This document shows positions 45,739 to 54,454 of a stretch of 59,230 bases of DNA, piece by piece. Origin of the DNA: a virus (lineage: Duplodnaviria > Caudoviricetes); the IMG/VR virus record IMGVR_UViG_3300005939_000010, positions 1 through 59,230 of that record. One strand, given 5' to 3'. Under the pieces are notes generated by a model, which saw only the letters and a list, made by a program, of their open reading frames with translations, searched no databases and was not told the origin of the DNA. A program made the position numbers and the translations under genes. Positions within the stretch are counted from its first letter, which is position 1. Each line of letters opens with the position of its first letter.

Positions 45739-45958
45739 TTGCCCGCCTGGTGCTGACATGCGTAGCGGTCACAATATTTGGTGCGGCGTGGACTATGTGG
45801 CTCGTGCTGAATCGTTTGGCATCGACGTGTCCCAGTTGCGAGACAACCTTGCGATGACCGTAGGGGAAAGACTGCGGCGCCACCAAGTGGCGTTGAATAC
45901 TGTGGAGCTTTTAAGGAAAGCGAGAAGAATCAATGAAGAGAGTGCGAGTAGCAAGTGA
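45719..45958 (+). CDS. hypothetical protein resembling small partners of nucleotidyltransferase genes
   Basis: FGIDVSQLRDNLAMTVGERLRRHQ motif; start uncertain. Confidence 0.45.
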   Translation: MGWRKDDCPPGADMRSGHNIWCGVDYVARAESFGIDVSQLRDNLAMTVGERLRRHQVALNTVELLRKARRINEESASSK

Positions 45959-46211
45959 AGAGTACGAAATCAGGTTCCACCGATATCAGAATGACGATGG
46001 GGTGATGGAGACTAACTGCCTGATCCTCCATGTCTTCGGTGAGCATAGTATGGTCCCGGTGGCCCAAGCCAGTGTCAAACTCCACCACAAAGACCAGGAC
46101 ATCAAGAAACTTGGCTACAAGCACGCACTCACGACGACTCTGGCCAACAGCGTGTTTGATAAGCCCGAACGGGCCGTGGTCTGGAACGCGATGAAGGAGT
46201 TGTGGGTATGA
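45933..46211 (+). CDS. hypothetical protein
   Basis: HHKDQDIKKLGYKHAL motif; coupled to next gene. Confidence 0.55.
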   Translation: MKRVRVASEEYEIRFHRYQNDDGVMETNCLILHVFGEHSMVPVAQASVKLHHKDQDIKKLGYKHALTTTLANSVFDKPERAVVWNAMKELWV

Positions 46212-47632
46212 GCAACATCCTAATACAGAACAAGGGTGAGCTACCTCTATGGGGCATGCGCCTTCTGGGCCTCTCGAACAAGAACGCGGACCAGATCGGG
46301 CAGTTTGGTACAGGCCTCAAGGAAAGCATCGCTCTCCTGGCGCGGCTGGAGCAGTTGCCGGTCATATTCTCCGGAGACCTGCGAATCGACTTCAAGGTGC
46401 TTGAACGGGACGACCAGCAGGAGATCTGCTTCCACCTGTCTCAGCCCAGAGGAGACTGGGAGGCGTGGAAATGGCACGGGATGGGGATGCATCCTGACTT
46501 CGGTAAGGCCGACTGGAACGATGCGTGGATGATATTCCGCGAGATCATCTGTAATGCCTTGGATGAGTCGGGCGTGGATGATCTCCATCACGACGTGACA
46601 TCGTCGACTCTGGAAGGTGTACCAGGGGCGACCCGAGTATACATCCCTGTCACACCGAAGATCCTGGAGGCCTACACGAAGATCCATGATCGGCTCCTAC
46701 TCCTGTCTGACGTGGCCACCGTGCGGCCGGTGTACCGGGCCCGCATCCTCGCGAAGAAGGCCAACCACCCAGGGCTGCAAGTCTTTCACCGTGGCGTCTG
46801 GATTCAGGAAAGCACTGTGCCGTCCCTCTATGACTACGAGATCGGCGACCTCAAGCTGAATGAGTCTAGGTCGGCCGATTGGTATGACGTCAATAGCAAG
46901 ATAGCCCGTGTGGTGTCCGCCTTTGGCGTAGAAGAGGCCAAGGTGTTGATTGCCCGCATGCTGATTGATAAAGATGCACCCTCCGATGGTGACTGCTGCC
47001 TACCAGATGAGGAGTCCGACAGACCCCACTTCTCGGATCGTGCAAAGTGCTACGAGGAGAAGTGTCTTGCAGCCTGCAGCCACTATACCACCGTGTCAGA
47101 AGGTGAGGCGTGGCGGGAGGCCTTCTCGGCCTTGTTCGGGAACAACGCGGTCATGTGTACGAACGACAAATTCTACTATGACCGGCTGAATGATCTTGGT
47201 AGAAAGCCAGTTATCGTAGAGCATGACGGCCTCCGGTCGTTGCTGAAGGCAGCCGGAGTACCGTTTATGAGTCAGATCCTCACGGAGGAGCAGCAGGCCT
47301 ACGAAGAGCTCCGCGAACCGGACGATGGGGAGAGGGCAGTGTTCGGCCAGGTGTGGGACTTATTCTCTGGCGCCGGAATGACGCAGGGTAAGGCCAAGCC
47401 GGGGCATATGATGTTCCGTCAGCGGCCTGGCAAAGCCGAGGCCGTCTTCGGTGAGTATCGCAAGGGCATTTGCTACATCAACATCGACTATGTCGGCTCC
47501 GCACAGGAGCGAAGGGCCTGCATCGAAGAAATCGCCCACCACCTGTCTGGAGCGATGGACCACAGCAAGGAGTTTCAGCACTACCTCCTTGAGCTGGCCG
47601 ACGCCTTCATGCTAAGAAAGGAAGTCGTATGA
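46208..47632 (+). CDS. GHKL-ATPase-like N-terminus with C-terminal peptidase-like motif
   Basis: IGQFGTGLK, REIICNALDE; C-terminal IEEIAHH...DH..EF. Confidence 0.55.
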   Translation: MSNILIQNKGELPLWGMRLLGLSNKNADQIGQFGTGLKESIALLARLEQLPVIFSGDLRIDFKVLERDDQQEICFHLSQPRGDWEAWKWHGMGMHPDFGKADWNDAWMIFREIICNALDESGVDDLHHDVTSSTLEGVPGATRVYIPVTPKILEAYTKIHDRLLLLSDVATVRPVYRARILAKKANHPGLQVFHRGVWIQESTVPSLYDYEIGDLKLNESRSADWYDVNSKIARVVSAFGVEEAKVLIARMLIDKDAPSDGDCCLPDEESDRPHFSDRAKCYEEKCLAACSHYTTVSEGEAWREAFSALFGNNAVMCTNDKFYYDRLNDLGRKPVIVEHDGLRSLLKAAGVPFMSQILTEEQQAYEELREPDDGERAVFGQVWDLFSGAGMTQGKAKPGHMMFRQRPGKAEAVFGEYRKGICYINIDYVGSAQERRACIEEIAHHLSGAMDHSKEFQHYLLELADAFMLRKEVV

Positions 47633-48348
47633 GCATTCGAATCTGTGGCCTATGTAAACGCTACGGAAGCTGTGAGCATCCGGAGAAAGGTTTGGACGTT
47701 GTCGTTCCAAGTTGCCACCTCTTCCGAGACGCTGACACCGGCGACCGCGTGTGCCTCAACTGCGTCAAGTTCAAAGGTAATGGCGCTGGCGGCACCTGTA
47801 GCGGAACGAGGGAGTATGTACAGTATTGTCGATCCTATGAACCTACCCACGGACACCGAGGTATTCCTCAGGGGCGAGTTGATTGCGGTGTCCCGAATAT
47901 GGTGAAGGGTCCGGCAGAATGGCCGAGGCACATCGGCCGTGACCGCCTTGATCTGCTGTTTGCTGAGCAGGCCAAGTTGAACAAGAGAGCCGGTTTTGAC
48001 GTGGAGGAAGTATTCTCAGAACCAGGGAAGATCGACCTCTTATTCGCTGGCCACTGGACCAACGCCTTTGCGACTGCGATGCAGAGTGAACTCTGCGAGC
48101 TCCGCGACTGCACCTACTGGAAGCATTGGTATGCTGAGGCGCGTGAGGGGCGCCAGTACGAAATCTCCGATCTTGAGCACGCCAAGGTTGAGGTTATTGA
48201 CCTCCTGTTCTTCTGGATAAGTCTATGCCAGACCCTGGGCATGGGGCCGGAGGATGTGTACCGTATCTACCATGCCAAGTTGGCGAAGAACCACGCTCGC
48301 CAGGACGATGACTGCACGAGTGAGCAAGCGAAAGGCTACGACATATGA
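47629..48348 (+). CDS. dimeric (all-alpha) dUTPase with Cys-rich N-terminus
   Basis: ELCELRD..YWKHW, EVIDLLFF, YHAKLAKNHARQ. Confidence 0.8.
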   Translation: MSIRICGLCKRYGSCEHPEKGLDVVVPSCHLFRDADTGDRVCLNCVKFKGNGAGGTCSGTREYVQYCRSYEPTHGHRGIPQGRVDCGVPNMVKGPAEWPRHIGRDRLDLLFAEQAKLNKRAGFDVEEVFSEPGKIDLLFAGHWTNAFATAMQSELCELRDCTYWKHWYAEAREGRQYEISDLEHAKVEVIDLLFFWISLCQTLGMGPEDVYRIYHAKLAKNHARQDDDCTSEQAKGYDI

Positions 48349-48527
48349 AGTGGACTGACCGAGAATTGATGTATCTGCGAATCGAGGTCCGCGAGTACAT
48401 GATGCGGCGGACCTTGATCCGGAGTCATGTGGAGAGGCTCTTTTACTTCATCCTACGAACGCGGACCCAGGCAGCCATTCGTAAGATGTTCATGAAAGAA
48501 CTAAGCCAGAACCGGAGGAAGGTATGA
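48345..48527 (+). CDS. hypothetical protein
   Basis: ATGA overlaps at both ends. Confidence 0.45.
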   Translation: MKWTDRELMYLRIEVREYMMRRTLIRSHVERLFYFILRTRTQAAIRKMFMKELSQNRRKV

Positions 48528-48958
48528 GTACGAAACTACAGATCAACAGCCTGGCCGCGATGGAGCGCCTGCTGGGTGAGGGCCCTGACGATGCGATGGC
48601 CGTAGAGATACGGAAGTCGGTCCTGATCGAGTACGAACGGAAGCACGTTATGCCGGCGCTGGAGGCAAGGGCTGTGGCCTTGGCCCATGTTGCCGGTGAC
48701 CAAGTGTTCTGCGAGAGGAGCACTCACTATCCCCATCGGAACGTGCTCAGGGCGGAGTACGTTGATGCCATCAGGAAGCAGGCGACGGAGATCATTGACG
48801 ACGCGATGCGCACTACCATCCGGGACACCGTAACTGAGGTCTTTGGTGAGCTGACCACCCGTGAGAATATCGCAACGGTGGTAGATGCCAAGATTACGCC
48901 GGAGATCACGCGGCAGGTGCGTCGCTCGATCGAGGAGAAACTCCTTGGCTTCAAATGA
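48524..48958 (+). CDS. hypothetical protein
   Basis: GGAGG RBS; KLQINSLAAMERL start. Confidence 0.6.
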   Translation: MSTKLQINSLAAMERLLGEGPDDAMAVEIRKSVLIEYERKHVMPALEARAVALAHVAGDQVFCERSTHYPHRNVLRAEYVDAIRKQATEIIDDAMRTTIRDTVTEVFGELTTRENIATVVDAKITPEITRQVRRSIEEKLLGFK

Positions 48959-49137
48959 TCCATTGGAGAGGGACTATGGTGTGCTTCTGGGCCTTACTGG
49001 GCCAATTCTTCTTCAGCGTGCCGGCGATTATCGCCGTATCGCCGAAATTGTTGGTGCTGAGTCTTCTGCTGGCAAATATATGTTGTCTCAAGCCCAGAGG
49101 GCGGAAGAGGCAATCGCATCCCTTGGGAGGAAATTCA

Positions 49138-49422
49138 ATGAGCACAGATGATACCTTGGAGCCGGAGCATGTTGAGGCGCTCCAGCAGCATGAGATTCTG
49201 GCCCTACAATACAGCGGCACCAACAACGAGTACCTTGCAGCGGCGAACAAGCTGGCCGCACAGTTCATGCGTGCTAATACGATGCAAGGAGTAGGGCCGA
49301 AGGGTCAGCAGCTTCAGAACAAATACCTTCGCCTTATGGTTGGAGTGTTGGAGTGCTTTGCTGAGGACACCAAGCGCCTGGCCAGCAGCCTTGATACGGA
49401 ATTGACGGATTTATCTGAATAG
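49138..49422 (+). CDS. hypothetical protein
   Basis: GGAGG RBS before ATG 49138. Confidence 0.55.
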   Translation: MSTDDTLEPEHVEALQQHEILALQYSGTNNEYLAAANKLAAQFMRANTMQGVGPKGQQLQNKYLRLMVGVLECFAEDTKRLASSLDTELTDLSE

Positions 49423-49424
49423 TA

Positions 49425-49494
49425 TTTTGGTTCCCTCGTCGATAGCTTATACTTAATGTAGAGAAGAAAACTCTACTAAGTAAGGGGTGAAACC
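49425..49494 (+). promoter_or_regulatory. early promoter cassette
   Basis: TTGGTT 49427-32, TATACT 49448-53, GTAGAG-N7-CTCTAC hairpin, AAGGGGTG RBS. Confidence 0.75.
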
Positions 49495-49998
49495 ATGAAT
49501 ACGATAGCCTTCAGAAACGAAATTCAGGTCGCGCTGTGGGAAGAAGAGCTTTGCGGACAGATCAGTGACGGCTTTTGGGAAAACACCAAGCCCTTCGACC
49601 ACTGGGAAGTATGGTGCGACGCGGACGTGACCGTTGATCCTGAGCGCGTTGGCTGCAATTTCCTAGCGATCAAGTGTAACTACGACCTGAATCGCACGGA
49701 GCTCCTCGACTGTGTTGGCGACCGTATGTTGGTCCTGGCCCGTTTGGTGAAGCACTACGGCCTGACTGATGGCATTCTCTTCAGTAGGATGATGAGCGAC
49801 AACGGCAGCATCATGGACACCAGCATCTATAAGGGTGCCTGCTGGGACCGTATCCGCGAGAACCTGGTCAGCCGTATGAAGGCTTGGGACGTCTCCGCTG
49901 CCGCCGTTCAGGTAGTAGCCAAGAACGCGGCCTACACGCTGAAGAACATGCGGGTCGAGCTGAAGGACATGAAGAAGATTATCAAGAATCAGGGATAG
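49495..49998 (+). CDS. hypothetical early protein
   Basis: Behind promoter; GQISDGFWEN motif. Confidence 0.7.
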   Translation: MNTIAFRNEIQVALWEEELCGQISDGFWENTKPFDHWEVWCDADVTVDPERVGCNFLAIKCNYDLNRTELLDCVGDRMLVLARLVKHYGLTDGILFSRMMSDNGSIMDTSIYKGACWDRIRENLVSRMKAWDVSAAAVQVVAKNAAYTLKNMRVELKDMKKIIKNQG

Positions 49999-50001
49999 GC
50001 G

Positions 50002-50069
50002 TTTTTGCTTCTGCCGGTTTGACCTTATACTTTAGGTAGAGCAACGGTGCTCAAGCGAAAGGGTGTATC
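50002..50069 (+). promoter_or_regulatory. early promoter cassette
   Basis: TTGCTT 50005-10, TATACT 50026-31, GAGCA-ACGG-TGCTC hairpin. Confidence 0.72.
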
Positions 50070-50327
50070 ATGGCGATCGATATGAGATGCGAAGGATGCG
50101 GAGTGGGCCTGGTCAATATAGACGACGGTCCTTTGTGCCCTGCCTGCAAGGATGAAGAGGAAGATACCACCGTCAAGGAAGAGAAGGCCACGCTGCTGGT
50201 TGACGCCATAGCGGACCTCATCTCGGCCAGCCACGACGCCGGTGAGAACCCCGAGAGTATGGGTGACCAGCGCCGGTTGACCGAGACCACGGATGAACTG
50301 AAGCGTCTGGTAGTAGAAATCCTATGA
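50070..50327 (+). CDS. zinc-ribbon hypothetical protein
   Basis: CEGC...CPAC. Confidence 0.6.
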   Translation: MAIDMRCEGCGVGLVNIDDGPLCPACKDEEEDTTVKEEKATLLVDAIADLISASHDAGENPESMGDQRRLTETTDELKRLVVEIL

Positions 50328-50509
50328 GACGCTTCTTCCGGATGTTCTCCAACTGCCTCCAGATCTATGCCCTCGCAGCCATAGTGTTTCTTGGTCTCAT
50401 AGGCGTGGTGGTGACCTGGCCGGTGGCTCTGTGGGCGATGGGTGTTACAGCAGCATTCGCCCTGATCAGTACGATACTCTATTCTATTGAAGAATGGATT
50501 GATGGCTAA
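50324..50509 (+). CDS. small membrane protein
   Basis: Two hydrophobic helices; ATGA overlap. Confidence 0.55.
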   Translation: MRRFFRMFSNCLQIYALAAIVFLGLIGVVVTWPVALWAMGVTAAFALISTILYSIEEWIDG

Positions 50510-50702
50510 CCAAGCAACAACCTGCGAGACGTGTCGGTATGGCATGGCACCTTTCAATCTGGAACCGTGCCGCACCTGCCTCCAAGGCTTCGAGGACAAC
50601 TACGAGCCGAGGGAGGACTGCTTAGGCTATCGCTTCATGGCCGCTGTGATCATCGGGGCCCTGATCCTTGGTGCTGTGGCTCTTTGGGGGATGTACCTAT
50701 GA
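50502..50702 (+). CDS. small Cys-rich membrane protein
   Basis: CETC..CRTC and C-terminal TM helix. Confidence 0.5.
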   Translation: MANQATTCETCRYGMAPFNLEPCRTCLQGFEDNYEPREDCLGYRFMAAVIIGALILGAVALWGMYL

Positions 50703-51529
50703 AAGCCAAATGGCTCAAACCGATGGCGGCCAAGCCCTATCGGGCGGACCGGACTACCTTCCCCGCATTGGTGCAGCCGAAGTTCAACGGTATCCGTATA
50801 GAGTGGGATGGCGTCGAAGCCTACACCAGAACACCTCGTGCGGCCAAGCCACACGTCCAGACGATGCTCCACGCATTCGTACCAAAGCTCCCTGAGGGCT
50901 GGGTCCTAGACGGTGAGCTTCTCCTGCCGCGCGGCTTCTCGTTTCAGCAAACCGAGTCAGCCGTCAAGAAGGAAAACGAGCACAGCCCCCTGCTCTACTA
51001 CGCCATCTATGACGTAGACATGCGGGACAATCCGGAGGTGCCGTTCTGGTCGCGATGGGACAACCTCAACTGCTGGTATCCTGGGCTCTCAGTGGAACTG
51101 CGAAAGCATATGATCCTCTCGACCTGTTTCACGGTGAATCATGCCGAGTCAGTAGACCACTGGCTCAACACTTGGATCGGAAGCGGCTATGAAGGCGCCA
51201 TTGTTCGTGAGAGGAACGCCGTCTACAGACATGGGAGCAGTGGTCGGGCGCTGCAGAAGTATAAGAAGCACCTTGATGCAGAATTCGAGATCGTTGGTGT
51301 CAAAGAGGCCACAGGTAAGGACGCCGGCACAGCGGTCTTCATCTGCAAAATGCCTAACTCGGACGAGACCTTTGATGTTCGACCGATGGGCACGTTCGCT
51401 CGTAGGAAGGACTACTGGGACAATCGTGCTGACCTGATAGGTAAGCCCCTGACCGTCAAGTACTGGGACACGTTCGACTCTGGCGTCCCTCAGTTCGGGC
51501 AGGGCATAGCGGTGCGGGACTATGAGTGA
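50699..51529 (+). CDS. ATP-dependent DNA ligase (minimal)
   Basis: QPKFNGIR (motif I), LDGEL, YEGAIVR, LQKYK, OB domain LTVKY. Confidence 0.92.
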   Translation: MKAKWLKPMAAKPYRADRTTFPALVQPKFNGIRIEWDGVEAYTRTPRAAKPHVQTMLHAFVPKLPEGWVLDGELLLPRGFSFQQTESAVKKENEHSPLLYYAIYDVDMRDNPEVPFWSRWDNLNCWYPGLSVELRKHMILSTCFTVNHAESVDHWLNTWIGSGYEGAIVRERNAVYRHGSSGRALQKYKKHLDAEFEIVGVKEATGKDAGTAVFICKMPNSDETFDVRPMGTFARRKDYWDNRADLIGKPLTVKYWDTFDSGVPQFGQGIAVRDYE

Positions 51530-51607
51530 GAGATCATGTAGAAACTGTCGCTATCGCGGTATCCCATGGCCGCATTGCTGGTGCTGTGGGATGTCTATGG
51601 GTAGTGA

Positions 51608-51892
51608 ATGGGCTCCGCGAACGCGGTGGCAAGAATTCTGGAGGTGGGTATGGAGAGGGTGAAGGTCAAGCAGAACTATCGAAGTGCGGCGCTGGCGACG
51701 GAACTGGAAATAGCTATGATGAAGCACGGCACTGGCTCCTTTGTCTCCACACATGAAGTCGTCGGCGTTCTTGATGAAGAATTTCGTGAGCTGAAGGACG
51801 AGGTCCACGCCAACGATACCGACGCGGTGCGGAGGGAGTTGCTTGATATAGCGGTTGGGGTGGCGTGTATTGACGCGCTGTCGATGGAATGA
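51608..51892 (+). CDS. MazG-like helical protein
   Basis: STHE..GVLDEEFREL.DEV...RRELLDIA; start may be 51650. Confidence 0.5.
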   Translation: MGSANAVARILEVGMERVKVKQNYRSAALATELEIAMMKHGTGSFVSTHEVVGVLDEEFRELKDEVHANDTDAVRRELLDIAVGVACIDALSME

Positions 51893-52110
51893 GTGACGCC
51901 GGCAAGGGCGACACGCCCCGTAAGGTAGACCGGGAGTCGTTCAGTAGGACGATGCTCCGCCTCTATGGAGTCCGATGCCCAGAGTGCGGAGGGGATGGGA
52001 TCATTGATGATGCTCCGGCGCTGGACGATACGTGCAAGTGGTGCAATGGCGCCGGACTCATAGAGTCGTGGGTTCATAAGAGATGGTTGGCTCAAGGGGA
52101 ATTTCTATGA
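51889..52110 (+). CDS. small zinc-finger protein
   Basis: CPECGGDG...CKWCNGAG. Confidence 0.6.
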   Translation: MSDAGKGDTPRKVDRESFSRTMLRLYGVRCPECGGDGIIDDAPALDDTCKWCNGAGLIESWVHKRWLAQGEFL

Positions 52111-52268
52111 GAGACATACTTGGGATGGTCGCGGTGGCTGCTGGTATTGCCGTCCTAACGCTATTGGCGATGGCCTTACTTGCTATAGGCCTCCGTCCGA
52201 CGGCCTGTATCTGTGGGGGCCTGATTGCTGGGTGGTTCGCTATTCGCAGAGTGCGGAGGTGGCTGTGA
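52107..52268 (+). CDS. small membrane protein
   Basis: Hydrophobic; ATGA overlap. Confidence 0.45.
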   Translation: MRDILGMVAVAAGIAVLTLLAMALLAIGLRPTACICGGLIAGWFAIRRVRRWL

Positions 52269-52516
52269 TGAAGGTACCAAAGAAACCGAAGGCCGGGCAG
52301 GTCATTGTGATGCGGAACAGCTACCACAAGGAGTTTGTCCCGGAATATGTCGACACCTTCAAGAACAAGTACGAGGCACTCACGTGGGTGCGGAATAAGC
52401 TGGCTGAGGAGCCGGGAGATCTCTACATGATCTGTCCGATTGCCGCCCTCGGTTGGTCAACGGTCAGGGCGAATCTTAGGAGATGCAACGGTAGGCAGTG
52501 GAGTAACGAGATATGA
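52268..52516 (+). CDS. hypothetical protein
   Basis: GGAGG RBS; TGATG coupling. Confidence 0.5.
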   Translation: MKVPKKPKAGQVIVMRNSYHKEFVPEYVDTFKNKYEALTWVRNKLAEEPGDLYMICPIAALGWSTVRANLRRCNGRQWSNEI

Positions 52517-52794
52517 TGCGGTGTTGGCGGCACCGCTGGATCTATACCTGCAAATCTGAACGGTTCTGCCGGCGCTGTGGTGCTCACCGGTTCCTCACAG
52601 GACTCTTTCCTCAATGGGAGGTGGTGTGGAACTTCAAAGAGCACGGCATACTAGAGGAGGCCATCTGGTGGTTTTCCCTATCAAAGGCGGCACAGGACAA
52701 AGTAGCTGAGAGGTGTGGGCTGTCCCACAAGTCATATGGTGGCTCATTTTCGTACGACTACATCTGTCAGATGCATAGGGAGGAACACGCATGA
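52513..52794 (+). CDS. hypothetical protein
   Basis: ATGA overlaps; CRRC. Confidence 0.45.
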   Translation: MMRCWRHRWIYTCKSERFCRRCGAHRFLTGLFPQWEVVWNFKEHGILEEAIWWFSLSKAAQDKVAERCGLSHKSYGGSFSYDYICQMHREEHA

Positions 52795-53076
52795 TCATGG
52801 TCGACGCACTACATCCGTGCCTCGCGACGGGAGGGTGGAGATGGAAGAACGCCTGCCACATGTTCACGGACGGTGATCTGGATTCGCTGCACCTCTTCGC
52901 ACTAAAGTTGGGGGCTGAAGCGGTCCTGGTTCCAGCATAAGCCTCGGCACCTTCCTCACTACGACCTTACAAAGAGCAAGCGCCTGGAGGCCATTCGGCT
53001 CGGTGCAGTTGAAGTGGAACGTGACACGGTGGTCCGGAGTATACAATATTGGAGGCAAGCCGGTGTAGACTGCTAA
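52791..53076 (+). pseudogene. DUF4031-like gene with a one-base frameshift in a G5 run
   Basis: CHMFTDGDLDSLHLFALKLG continues in another frame as LKRSWFQ..PHYDLT..KR..AIRLGA; extra G in 52910-52914. Confidence 0.7.
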
Positions 53077-53144
53077 GGAGGCAGCCCAGACTGTAAATCT
53101 GGTTTCGGAAACGGGCCTAGTGGGTTCGATACCCTCAACCGGCA
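53059..53144 (+). tRNA. trnY: tRNA-Tyr (GTA)
   Basis: GCCGGT/ACCGGC acceptor stem, CCAGA-CTGTAAA-TCTGG anticodon arm, long variable arm, GGTTCGATACC T-loop; no encoded CCA. Confidence 0.85.
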
Positions 53145-53172
53145 ATAATCGAGTTCAGTTAGGAGATGCAGC

Positions 53173-53832
53173 ATGAAACGATTCCTTTTGTGCCTGATCG
53201 CTGTCCTGTGCGTTGCCGCAGGAGTGGCAGGCTGTGCTATTTCGCGGAAGGTGACGCCGGCAGTCGTCGACCCTCGTGCGGTCGACTATGCGGCGGAGGC
53301 CGGGGTCATTGACCCGAACGACTATGGCGGCTACGCCAATCTTGAAAAAGCTGTCAAGCTCGAGGCCGCAGTGGCCAACGCCTATGAGCTGAACGACTTC
53401 ACGCTGCACCAGGCCCTCGATAAGAACACGGTAGACGCGCGGCAGTTGGGGCAGATCACGTCTCGTAACACCAAGATAGCACTGGCTCGTGAGGGCCTCC
53501 TCTTCGGAGAGAAGGGCCTCCTCACCCTGGGCCTCGGCATGATCGGGATGGGATCCCTTGGCGGATTTGTAGGACTTCTGAAAAAGCGTAAGGGCGACTT
53601 CACTCCTGCGGAGTTGGAAGGAGCGATGGCTCAAGCCGGTATCGAGGTCGGAGTCAAAGAACGACAGTTCTGCCAGTTGGTAAAGGGCGCTCAGCTGTTC
53701 TTTGATCAGCATCAGGTCGACGACGGGCAAGGAGGCGTGACGGATGACGCGGCGGGCAAGGAATTGAAGGCCGCGATGGGACATATCATGGACACCGACA
53801 CTCGGATGGCAGTGAAAGTGGCCAAAACATAG
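53173..53832 (+). CDS. lipoprotein with second membrane segment
   Basis: Signal peptide with lipobox VAGC; LLTLGLGMIGMGSLGGFVGLL helix. Confidence 0.7.
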   Translation: MKRFLLCLIAVLCVAAGVAGCAISRKVTPAVVDPRAVDYAAEAGVIDPNDYGGYANLEKAVKLEAAVANAYELNDFTLHQALDKNTVDARQLGQITSRNTKIALAREGLLFGEKGLLTLGLGMIGMGSLGGFVGLLKKRKGDFTPAELEGAMAQAGIEVGVKERQFCQLVKGAQLFFDQHQVDDGQGGVTDDAAGKELKAAMGHIMDTDTRMAVKVAKT

Positions 53833-53874
53833 CTTCGCTTCGCCTCAGCATAGCATGCAGTTCTGAGGCTACCA

Positions 53875-53907
53875 GGCCCTGCGGAACCGAGCCCGCAGGG
53901 CTTTTAT
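53875..53907 (+). terminator. Rho-independent terminator
   Basis: GCCCTGCGG-N8-CCGCAGGGC-TTTTAT. Confidence 0.8.
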
Positions 53908-54044
53908 TCTACATAGATACTCTAATCGCTACAATCGTTAAACAGTATAGATGGTCGAGACGTTGTAGACGGATTAACCGTTATTATCCCTACTATCACG
54001 TTGGAAGTGGTACGATCCCTACAGTCCCTACAGTATACGTCCGG

Positions 54045-54328
54045 CGCGACTCTACCTTGGTGAGTAGAGTCGAGGTAGAGTCGCGCGTAAGTCTAGTAAT
54101 GGAGTGAGCAGACTCTACGTACTCTACTGACTCTACCTTCAACCCACATTCTCCAGCTGGAGGCCCAGAAGCGGTCAGCGACTCTGGGGCTGGCTCCTGT
54201 ACCTTATACTCTCTATTTAAGGTAGAGTAGGTAGAGTAGGTAGAGTAACTCATTATCCTGGAGGGACTTATGTGCGACTCTACCTTGACTCTACCTTGAA
54301 ACCTTGAATAGACAAGGTAGAGTCGCAG
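54045..54328. repeat. iteron-like pseudo-palindromic element B (about 12 x ACTCTAC(CT))
   Basis: Same motif and architecture as 18650-18928; 54064-54098 is the exact reverse complement of 18874-18908. Confidence 0.92.
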
Positions 54329-54454
54329 GTTATCGGTCGTTGCCAGTCGGATCATCTGCTACCTGGGCTCTGGACCGCCCGACAGCGTCCGCTGTTCCAT
54401 CACCTCAGACTCCAGCAGTTTGCCACTGGGCCATAGATTGACTATACTAGGAGT

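Noticed and set aside
53059-53144. Prophage attachment site or suppressor tRNA with recoded stops
   Set aside because: No integrase or host genes; anticodon is GTA; long genes read intact in the standard code
53996-54355. Minus-strand 119-aa ORF with YSTYSTYST and KVES repeats
   Set aside because: Translation artefact of the iteron element
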